Source of the DNA: an uncultured Bacilli bacterium
GTDB lineage: Bacteria; Bacillota_I; Bacilli_A; RF39; UBA660
NCBI GenBank assembly: GCA_964018915.1
Contig: CAXHRJ010000001.1
Location: 544,636 to 608,635, forward strand
Direction of reading: 5' to 3'
Length of the DNA: 64,000 bases
The notes beneath the pieces were generated by a model that was not told the origin of the DNA, searched no databases, and worked only from the letters and a program-made list of their open reading frames with translations. Positions within the stretch are counted from its first letter, which is position 1, and each line of letters starts with the position of its first letter. Shown in pieces: positions 9,793 through 17,999 of this stretch. The position numbers were made by a program, and so were the translations under genes.

Positions 9793-11463
9793 TTGAAATT
9801 TTTTGATGGCGGAGATACAAAAATATTCGCACTAGGTGGACTTGGAGAAGTCGGAAAAAACATGTACTGCATCATGACAGGTAATGAAATTATTGTTACA
9901 GATGTAGGAATTACATTCCCTTCTAACGAGTTACCTGGAATAGATTATATTATTCCAGATTTTACATTTTTAAAGAAAAATGAAAAAAAGATAAAAGCAC
10001 TTTTTATTACACACGGGCATGAAGATCATATAGGAGGTATTCCCTATTTACTTCAATCATTAGAAATTCCAGCAATCTACGCACCTAATCAGGCAGCTGG
10101 ACTTATTCGAAAAAAATTAGAAGATAGAGAAATTAAATATGATCGTGTATATGTATATACAGAGAAAACTAAAATAAAATTTAAGAGTATGAGCGTTGAG
10201 TTCTTTAGGACTACTCACTCTATTCCAGATTCACATGGTATTGTCGTTAATACTCCTAATGGAACTATTGTTACAACTGGAGATTTCAAATTTGACTTAA
10301 CACCAATAGGTCCAATGGCAAACTTACAAAAGATGGCTAGCATTGGAGAAAAAGGTGTTACATTATTACTAAGCGATAGTACCAATGCCTTACATGAGGG
10401 ATTTAGTGTAAGCGAATCAAAAGTAGATGAAGCATTATCTGAGATATTCTTAGAACATCATGGTAGAATTATTATTGCTACTTTTGCTTCTAATATTTAT
10501 CGTTTAAAACATATTGTAGATACATGTAAAAGAAACAATAGAAAAATTGCTATATTCGGGCGCAGTATGGAAAACAATATTGAGATTTCTCTAAAGGAAG
10601 GATATATCAAACATCGTGAGATATTTGTTACCCCAGAAGAGGCTAATCAATTAGAGCCTAACAAAGTATGTTTACTTTGTACAGGTACACAAGGAGAACC
10701 ACTTGCTGCTCTATCAAGAATTGCTAATGGAAGTCATAGACAAATTAAATTGCAACCAGATGATTTAGTAGTACTTAGTTCTTCAGCTATTCCAGGAAAT
10801 GCTTTAAGTATTTCTAAGACAATTAACAAATTATATCTTCAAGGTGTTAAAGTATGTACCAATACTTCATTAAGTGAAGTTCATACTTCTGGGCATGGTA
10901 ATCAAGAAGAATTAAAATTAATGCTACGACTATTTATGCCAAAATATTTCATGCCTTTTCATGGTGAATATCGAATGCTTAAAACGCATGCTGACTTAGC
11001 TATTGAATGTGATATTCCAAAAGAAAATACATTTGTCCTAAGTAATGGCGATGTTCTTTCTATGTATAAAGGAAAGATTACAAGAGATGGTACTGTTCCT
11101 GCTGGAGATGTATACATTGATGGAAATAGAATTGGCGAAATCGGTTCTGCAGTTATGAAAGATAGAAAAATCATGTCTAGTGATGGTATTGTTGTAGTAA
11201 TTGCTAATATCGATACTAATAAAAATAAATTACTTGGTAATCCTAATATTACAACGAGAGGATTTGTTCTAATTCAAGAAAATTTAGATTTAATTAAAGA
11301 GCTTGAAGTAATAAGCACAAAAGCAATTCATTCTAAAATTGATAAACATGTTAACTATAGTGAAATAAAAAGTGAAATTACAAATCAATTATCAACATAT
11401 ATCTATGAAAAAACAGGAAGAAATCCAATTATTTTACCTGTAATTATGGACATAAAAAAGTAA
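9793..11463 (+). CDS. rnj: ribonuclease J (metallo-beta-lactamase/beta-CASP RNase), TTG start
   Basis: HGHEDH metallo-beta-lactamase motif, 556 aa. Upstream promoter-like TAGACA-17-TATAAT and RBS AAAGGAGAG. Confidence 0.9.
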   Translation: MKFFDGGDTKIFALGGLGEVGKNMYCIMTGNEIIVTDVGITFPSNELPGIDYIIPDFTFLKKNEKKIKALFITHGHEDHIGGIPYLLQSLEIPAIYAPNQAAGLIRKKLEDREIKYDRVYVYTEKTKIKFKSMSVEFFRTTHSIPDSHGIVVNTPNGTIVTTGDFKFDLTPIGPMANLQKMASIGEKGVTLLLSDSTNALHEGFSVSESKVDEALSEIFLEHHGRIIIATFASNIYRLKHIVDTCKRNNRKIAIFGRSMENNIEISLKEGYIKHREIFVTPEEANQLEPNKVCLLCTGTQGEPLAALSRIANGSHRQIKLQPDDLVVLSSSAIPGNALSISKTINKLYLQGVKVCTNTSLSEVHTSGHGNQEELKLMLRLFMPKYFMPFHGEYRMLKTHADLAIECDIPKENTFVLSNGDVLSMYKGKITRDGTVPAGDVYIDGNRIGEIGSAVMKDRKIMSSDGIVVVIANIDTNKNKLLGNPNITTRGFVLIQENLDLIKELEVISTKAIHSKIDKHVNYSEIKSEITNQLSTYIYEKTGRNPIILPVIMDIKK

Positions 11464-11472
11464 CATCATATG

Positions 11473-12051
11473 TTACTTTTTTTGTTCCCCTATAACCACT
11501 AGTTGTTCATTATTTCCAAAGCAAGTAATTAATGTAATCGTCTTTTTATTAGAATCTCTAATTACTTCTACTTGTCCTGTCTTAGGGACTTTATACATAT
11601 CTACTATTTGATAACTATAATTCTTATTATAATAAGTAAAAAGAATCGTATCCCCTAGTTTTAATTTGTAAAGATTTTTAAAGTAAGCTACCTCTCCAAA
11701 ACCACTATGCCCTGCTATAATAACATTTCCGCTTTCTTCTTCTGGAGTTGAACTAGACTTTAAAAATATTAGTTTTTCATCTAAGTTACTTCTCTCATCA
11801 TTTTTATCATATAAATCTTGTTTTAATGAAATAGCAGGGATTTCTAATGTAGCAATACTATCCTTTTCTATAAAAGGAAAATGGATATCTAATTTTGGGA
11901 ATAGCATAGAAGTACTAGGAGTAAATCCTAGAATCGTATGCCAAATAGAAGTTAATACCACTATTATTTTAAATAACATAGAATAATCTCCTAATTCTTG
12001 CAAAACTATAAAACCATGATAATGGAGAAAACAATCCTGTATCAGGAACAT
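11473..12051 (-). CDS. sortase (class A-like), membrane anchored
   Basis: IAGHSGF and TLITC catalytic motifs resembling SrtA (IAGH..., QLTLITCDD); N-terminal TM; immediately downstream of a VPDTG-containing surface protein. Confidence 0.8.
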   Translation of the reverse strand: MFLIQDCFLHYHGFIVLQELGDYSMLFKIIVVLTSIWHTILGFTPSTSMLFPKLDIHFPFIEKDSIATLEIPAISLKQDLYDKNDERSNLDEKLIFLKSSSTPEEESGNVIIAGHSGFGEVAYFKNLYKLKLGDTILFTYYNKNYSYQIVDMYKVPKTGQVEVIRDSNKKTITLITCFGNNEQLVVIGEQKK

Positions 12052-13333
12052 CTTCTATAATCTCTTTATTGTATAGTTTTAATTCTCCTTCAAATTCATC
12101 ATTTACTTGAAAAGTAAAATCTTTGATATTTTGATACCCTTCTTTTCCCTTTAACTGATGAATTCTATAAGTTCCATAAGGAAGATGAAACTGTGCTAGA
12201 CCATTTGTATCGGTTGTTACTGTTAGTACTAAAACATCATCTTGATAAATCTCAAAGATAGCATCTTCCTCTAATTTATAAGTTCCACTTCCATACCACT
12301 TTTGGATAGTAATCGCTTTATAGGCTTGTTCTTCATATACTTCTATTGGAATTTCTTCCTTATCAACAGAGAATGTATAACTATTTGCATCGATTAAATA
12401 GCCTGGACTAGCTAATAATTCTTTAATTGTATAAACGCCATACTCTAATAAAGAACTACTAGCGTTTCCATTCTCATCTGTCTCGATAGTCTCTACTAAT
12501 ATTCCATCTTTGTAAATTCCATACTTTGCACCTTTTAAGCTATTTTCACTAGATATAAAAGTATCTTCTAGATTCTTTTTCTTTAAATTTATTCTTCCTT
12601 TTAGAAATTCAATTTCAAAAGACATGTTCATTTGAGAAAGTAATCCTGGATGATAAACATTTTGTCCGTTATTATGATAATAAAAAATATCTACTCCAAA
12701 AACGCCCTCATTTGTAGGTAACTCAAAGGTAAAAGTATCATCTAATGGCATAATAGAATTCTTTAAAATCATGCTTTTACTTTTCCAATTATTCCATTCC
12801 TCTAAGTTTTTAAATACTAATTTTCCTGCATTTACTTTTTTCAAATTCTTATAATCTTGAATTAAATTTTCTATTTCTTGTGTTTCTGATTGATAAGCAT
12901 TTATTTTTTTACCATTTTTTCCATCTGCAAAATAGATATTCGCATCTTTAGCAACAGTTTTCCATATTAAATATTGAGTAATGCCATACCATTTTTTATC
13001 TTCATGACCTGGATATTGATATCCAAAATATGCTAAAGTGGAGATTCTCTCCCAATCGCTATCACTAATATTTAATATTTTCTGATTTGTGTAATAAGCT
13101 GTATAATCATCTTTTTGATTTAATAATACAAATGGTTGCAAACAATATACAAAAGAATTATCACTTTTCCGTCTAAGAACATACGGGTTACTTGATTTTA
13201 CAGTATCTCCCTCTATCCTAGTAATCCACATCTCCTCTACTTTTTCTTCTGTATAATAAAACTGTACATCATCCTTCGCATAAACGTTTTCCATCAAAAA
13301 AAGAAATAAAAAGATAAACAATAATTTTTTCAT
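11969..13333 (-). CDS. sortase-anchored surface adhesin with putative thioester domain (TED) and Cna-B-like domain
   Basis: Signal peptide (MKKLLFIFLFLFLMENVYA). YCLQP fits the [YFL]C-hydrophobic-[DNQ] thioester Cys motif and ITQYLIW the TQxxIW Gln motif. C-terminal VPDTG + hydrophobic stretch + RIRR tail gives the sorting signal. Confidence 0.65.
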   Translation of the reverse strand: MKKLLFIFLFLFLMENVYAKDDVQFYYTEEKVEEMWITRIEGDTVKSSNPYVLRRKSDNSFVYCLQPFVLLNQKDDYTAYYTNQKILNISDSDWERISTLAYFGYQYPGHEDKKWYGITQYLIWKTVAKDANIYFADGKNGKKINAYQSETQEIENLIQDYKNLKKVNAGKLVFKNLEEWNNWKSKSMILKNSIMPLDDTFTFELPTNEGVFGVDIFYYHNNGQNVYHPGLLSQMNMSFEIEFLKGRINLKKKNLEDTFISSENSLKGAKYGIYKDGILVETIETDENGNASSSLLEYGVYTIKELLASPGYLIDANSYTFSVDKEEIPIEVYEEQAYKAITIQKWYGSGTYKLEEDAIFEIYQDDVLVLTVTTDTNGLAQFHLPYGTYRIHQLKGKEGYQNIKDFTFQVNDEFEGELKLYNKEIIEDVPDTGLFSPLSWFYSFARIRRLFYVI

Positions 13334-13384
13334 AGCAATTCCTCCTCTACTATGATTGTTATTGATTTATCTTTCATTTCCTTT

Positions 13385-14107
13385 TTATTTTTTACTTTTT
13401 TTCTCTTTTTTATTACTTTTAAGTTTTCTTACTACATTTACAATTAAGATACCAATATATTGGAAAAATACAATAATACAAGTAATAAATACTGCATCTA
13501 ACCAAGCAGGTGTATGATCTAAACTTCCTTGGGATGTAATTCCATATAATTCAATAATCGTAAATCTATTAATAAATAGAAGAATTAAAATATAAATAAA
13601 GAAAAATCCAAACATAATTTGTTTTTCTCTAAATTTATTCATACCATAAATACCAATCGTTGGTAAAATAGTAAAAATTACAAATGCTGCCATCCAAATC
13701 ACTGGTTTTACATCAAAAACAACTTTTGGAACCAAAAAGAATAATAATAAATATACAATAATATCTAAAACGATTACATATTTATAGTCTTTTAACTTAT
13801 CTAATAGATAACTACCAAGAATCATTACTTTCTCACGAATTTGACTATCCTTTGTTACTACTTCTATTTCTTCCTTTTTAGTGGCTTTCTTCGTCTCTTT
13901 CTTCTCTACTTTTTTCTCCTCTTTTAAAGTTTCCTTTTTTGGAGATTCTTTCTTAGAAGCTTCTTCTTTTTTGACTTCCTTTTTTTCCGCTTTAATATCT
14001 TTTTCCTTCTTTTCAACTACTTTTTCTTTACCAGTTTCCTTTTTCTCTGGTATATTTTTTTCCTTAATCTCTTTTTCGTTATCCTTACTCATACTATCAC
14101 CTATCAT
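13385..14107 (-). CDS. membrane protein with K/E-rich (KEKE) N-terminal tail and 4 TM helices
   Basis: Composition only: ~90 aa of KEKKE repeats then four hydrophobic helices. Confidence 0.5.
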   Translation of the reverse strand: MIGDSMSKDNEKEIKEKNIPEKKETGKEKVVEKKEKDIKAEKKEVKKEEASKKESPKKETLKEEKKVEKKETKKATKKEEIEVVTKDSQIREKVMILGSYLLDKLKDYKYVIVLDIIVYLLLFFLVPKVVFDVKPVIWMAAFVIFTILPTIGIYGMNKFREKQIMFGFFFIYILILLFINRFTIIELYGITSQGSLDHTPAWLDAVFITCIIVFFQYIGILIVNVVRKLKSNKKEKKSKK

Positions 14108-14165
14108 TAGTTTATCATACTTTTTTCAAAAAGTAATCATAAAAGGAAAAAATAACATAAAAAAG

Positions 14166-14514
14166 CTACATGATATTTTCTATTTCAAGTAGCTTTTTCT
14201 TTATTATAATGTTATTTGCAACTATAACCACTTTTCTCAATTTTAATTTTGAATCATAAGTTACTCCAGACATTTCTGAATAGGTAGGCCCCATAAATGT
14301 ATCAAGACCTAATTTTCCTTCTTCAGCATCATCTTTAGGATTGGCCTTAAAAGTCATTTTAAAAATTGCTGTACTTATTTTATTATCTTTGAATTTAATG
14401 GTAGACTCAACTGTTTCATCTATCTCTGACGTAGTACAAACTAATTTTTTACTACCACAAACTGTTACACATAATAAAGTAACTATTATAATTGGTAAGC
14501 AAATAATTTTTCAT
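14166..14514 (-). pseudogene. small lipoprotein, frameshifted in an A5 tract directly after the ATG
   Basis: ATG at 14514-14512 reads MKNYLL... and hits a stop after 20 codons. The -1 frame is open to 14166 and encodes a textbook lipoprotein signal (KIICLPIIIVTLLCVTVCGS, lipobox TVC) plus a 90-aa mature domain. One fewer A would give MKIICLP. Confidence 0.4.
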
Positions 14515-14550
14515 TTTTTCTACTCCCTTTTTATCATTTTAAATCGAATT

Positions 14551-17391
14551 TTACTTAATTACAATATTTACTAATTTTTTAGGAATAACAATCATCTTAA
14601 CAACTTCATGTCCATCTAAATAAGTTTTAACGTTTTCAATAGATTGCGCAAGTTCTTTCATCTCTTCTTCTGTTGCACTTATACTTACTGTGATTTTTCC
14701 TCTTACTTTTCCATTTACTTGGACAACCATTTCATAGCTATCTTCTACTGTCTTTTCTTCTTCATAAGTTGGCCATGGTGAGATTGATAACATATCTCCC
14801 AATTGACAGTTTTCATTAATTTCCTCTGTAATATGTGGAGCAATTGGATTTAATAAGTGAATTAAAACACGTAAATCATCTTTTGTTATAGACTCTTCTT
14901 TTTCAATTTCATTTAAGAAAATCATAAGTGCTGATACAGCAGTATTATATTTTAAATTAGTTAAATCATTCGTAACTTTTTTAATGGTTTGATGTACTAA
15001 AGTTTCTTTTGTATATCCTGACTTATCATTTAATTTCTCTTGTAATCTCCAAATACGATCTAAAAACTTTTTACATCCCTTAAGTCCATTTGTAGACCAA
15101 GATGCTTCATGTTCATAGTCACCAATAAACATTTCATAAGTACGTAGAGCATCTGCCCCCATTTCCTCTACAATATCATCTGGATTAATAACGTTTCCTT
15201 TTGATTTACTCATTTTCTCGCCATTAGATCCTAGAATCATACCATGACTAACACGAGTCCATATCATTTCTTTGCTAGGAACAAGACCAATATTATATAA
15301 GAATTGTACCCAGAATCTAGCATATAGTAAATGTCTTGCAGTATGTTCCATACCACCATTATACCAATCTACTTTTTTCCAATATTTCATAGCATCCATA
15401 CCAGTAAATGCTTCATTATTATGAGAATCCATAAATCTTAAGAAATACCAACTAGATCCAGCCCAGTTAGGCATCGTATCTGTTTCACGTCTAGCAGTAC
15501 CACCACAACATGGACAAGTAGTATTTACCCAATCTGTAATATTAGCAAGTGGGCTTTCTCCATTTTCTGTTGGTTCATATTCTGCTACATCAGGTAATAA
15601 TAGTGGTAACTCATCTTCTTTCATTGGAACCCATCCACATTTTGGACAATCTATCATTGGAATTGGTTCTCCCCAGAATCTTTGTCTTGAGAAAATCCAA
15701 TCTCTCATCTTGTAGTTTACTTTCTTTTCTCCTACCTTTTTCTCTTCTAACCAAGCAATCATTTTATCAATTGCCTCTTGTTTATTTAAACCATTTAATT
15801 GTTCTGAATTAACATGAACACCATCATCTGTCATGGCACCTTCCCCAAATAAAGCACGAGTAGCATCATATTTATGGGCATTACTTGTTAAAGTATCAAT
15901 CAATTTATCTTTATCAATCCACATTACATCAGCTAAATCAATTTCTTCTTGGGCTCTATCTTCTTGTTTTAAACTGTTTAATTTACCAACAATCGTATGA
16001 CACTCAATATGACGATTAACATCTTTATGAGCTGCATAGAAATTATCAAAGTAGATAAATTCCATTTCAGAATCAATTGTAATATCTGTATAACCAGTTT
16101 CCTCTACTACTTCACGAATACCTGCTTCAATAGGAGTTTCTTCTCCTTCAATACCACCCATTACAAAGTTAATCCAATTAAACTTCTTATTATGTACACA
16201 TAAGTATTTATCCTCTGTTGGATGTTTTATTACCACATTAACAACTTTTCTATCTGTCATTGGTTTATCAGGACGAATAGCAGAATCACCAGTACCTACA
16301 AAGTTCTTTGCTATTACTTGAATAATAGGTAAATTAAATTTCTTAGCGAAATCATAATCCCTTTCATCATGAGAAGGAACTGCCATTATCGCACCTGTTC
16401 CATAACTTGATAAAACATAGTCACTAATATAGATTGGAATTTTCACTCCATTTACAGGGTTAATTGCATAAGCACCAGTGAATACACCAGTCTTCTCTTT
16501 ATTTAATTCTGTTCTTTCCATGTCATTTTTTAAAGCACAGGCTTTTTTATACTCTTCTACTTCAGCCTTTTTATCAGGTGTAGTAATCTCATCTACATAA
16601 GCATGTTCTGGTGCTAATACACAATAAGTTGCTCCATATAACGTATCACTTCTTGTTGTAAATACAGTAAATTCTTTATCATGTCCATCTACTTTAAAAT
16701 TAACATTAGCTCCTACCGATTTACCAATCCAATTGATTTGTCCTAATTTTACTTTCTCAGCAAAGTTCGTATCTTCTAATCCTTGTAATAAATCTTCAGC
16801 ATAATCTCCCATACGTAACATCCACTGTGATTTTTCCTTTTGAACAACTGGGGAACCACATCTTTCACATACTCCCCCTGCTGCATCTTCATTAGAAAGT
16901 ACAGATTTACAAGTTGGACACCAATTTACTGGAATTGTATCTTTATAAGCCATTCCATGTTTATAAAATTGTAGGAATTGCCACTGTGTCCATTTATAAT
17001 ATTCTGGATCTGTAGTTGAAAATTCTCTTGTCCAATCAAATGAAAAACCTAGTTTTTGCATTTGCCCTTTAAATGTTTTGATATTTTCACGTACTGCTTC
17101 TTTTGGATGAATATGATTTTTGATCGCATATTGTTCTGCTGGTGCACCAAAAGCATCCCACCCCATTGGATATAAAACATTCATTCCTTGCATTCTTTTC
17201 ATACGTGCAATTGCATCTTGTGCGGTATAACTTCTTACATGTCCAACATGTAATCCTGAACCTGATGGATAAGGGAACTCTACTAATACATAGTATGGTT
17301 CTTTCTCACTTCCATTTTTTGCTTCAAAAATCTTGTTATCTTCCCAATATTTTTGCCATTTCTCTTCTATTTTCTTAAAATCATAATGCAT
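14551..17391 (-). CDS. leuS: leucyl-tRNA synthetase with an inserted Nudix-hydrolase domain
   Basis: HVGH (LHVGHVRSY), KMSKS, CP1 editing-domain motifs (AVPSHDERDYDFA). Length is 946 aa against ~805 aa for Bacillus LeuRS. The extra ~125 aa (residues ~378-500) contain a perfect Nudix box GGIEGEETPIEAGIREVVEETGY. Confidence 0.95.
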   Translation of the reverse strand: MHYDFKKIEEKWQKYWEDNKIFEAKNGSEKEPYYVLVEFPYPSGSGLHVGHVRSYTAQDAIARMKRMQGMNVLYPMGWDAFGAPAEQYAIKNHIHPKEAVRENIKTFKGQMQKLGFSFDWTREFSTTDPEYYKWTQWQFLQFYKHGMAYKDTIPVNWCPTCKSVLSNEDAAGGVCERCGSPVVQKEKSQWMLRMGDYAEDLLQGLEDTNFAEKVKLGQINWIGKSVGANVNFKVDGHDKEFTVFTTRSDTLYGATYCVLAPEHAYVDEITTPDKKAEVEEYKKACALKNDMERTELNKEKTGVFTGAYAINPVNGVKIPIYISDYVLSSYGTGAIMAVPSHDERDYDFAKKFNLPIIQVIAKNFVGTGDSAIRPDKPMTDRKVVNVVIKHPTEDKYLCVHNKKFNWINFVMGGIEGEETPIEAGIREVVEETGYTDITIDSEMEFIYFDNFYAAHKDVNRHIECHTIVGKLNSLKQEDRAQEEIDLADVMWIDKDKLIDTLTSNAHKYDATRALFGEGAMTDDGVHVNSEQLNGLNKQEAIDKMIAWLEEKKVGEKKVNYKMRDWIFSRQRFWGEPIPMIDCPKCGWVPMKEDELPLLLPDVAEYEPTENGESPLANITDWVNTTCPCCGGTARRETDTMPNWAGSSWYFLRFMDSHNNEAFTGMDAMKYWKKVDWYNGGMEHTARHLLYARFWVQFLYNIGLVPSKEMIWTRVSHGMILGSNGEKMSKSKGNVINPDDIVEEMGADALRTYEMFIGDYEHEASWSTNGLKGCKKFLDRIWRLQEKLNDKSGYTKETLVHQTIKKVTNDLTNLKYNTAVSALMIFLNEIEKEESITKDDLRVLIHLLNPIAPHITEEINENCQLGDMLSISPWPTYEEEKTVEDSYEMVVQVNGKVRGKITVSISATEEEMKELAQSIENVKTYLDGHEVVKMIVIPKKLVNIVIK

Positions 17392-17783
17392 TATTTTTCT
17401 CCTCCTTGTTTCTTTTGATAATAACGACCTATTTTACTATAAATAATTAATATGAATGGTACTAATAAAACAATTCCTACTACCAGTACAGATACCATCC
17501 AAAGCAGAAAGTTTGGAATGATATTTTGTAATAAACATACTACTGTCACTACCGTTGATAGAATAAAAGCATTCGATAGCGCTATTACTCGTACCAATGA
17601 TTTCATATTAATTTTACTATAATCTAACTTATATTTTTTAGATAGTAAAGATAATTCTTTTCCATCTTTCATGTTTTCTAGAACTTTCTCTTTTCTAATT
17701 ACGAACAGTTCATAGAATAAATAAATCAGGACAAACATCCCTAACCATAATAATAATTCTAACATCTTCCCTCCTATAAACAA
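17391..17783 (-). CDS. small membrane protein between T-box leader and leuS
   Basis: 3-4 hydrophobic helices; start overlaps the leuS region, located downstream of the T-box terminator, so probably co-transcribed with leuS. Confidence 0.5.
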   Translation of the reverse strand: MFIGGKMLELLLWLGMFVLIYLFYELFVIRKEKVLENMKDGKELSLLSKKYKLDYSKINMKSLVRVIALSNAFILSTVVTVVCLLQNIIPNFLLWMVSVLVVGIVLLVPFILIIYSKIGRYYQKKQGGEK

Positions 17784-17789
17784 AAAAAA

Positions 17790-17995
17790 GTATCATGATG
17801 AAGGGACGATTTATCGCGGTACCACCCTTCTTCATAATACTTCTATTATGCACTTCAATCTTTAACGCAGATAACGTCTCCTTAGAGAAGCTCCAAAGCA
17901 AGTTCATAGCCATCCATCAAAAGTTTTCACCAACCACTTTCTCTCTATAGATATTAGACTACTACTACTCTTTTTCTTCGCTTTATGACTAATAT
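17790..17995 (-). promoter_or_regulatory. T-box riboswitch leader (Leu specifier, CUU) with terminator/antiterminator
   Basis: Minus-strand AAGGGUGGUACCGCG T-box sequence (plus strand cgcggtaccaccc at 17815-17827), followed by a long imperfect hairpin and U8. Upstream AGAGAG...GGUGA stem I elements and AUGAACUUG specifier-loop-like sequence. Confidence 0.7.
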
Positions 17996-17999
17996 TATA

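Noticed and set aside
17710-17913. 67-aa ORF overlapping the T-box leader
   Set aside because: Lies within the structured T-box RNA on the same strand upstream of the terminator. No RBS. Spurious.
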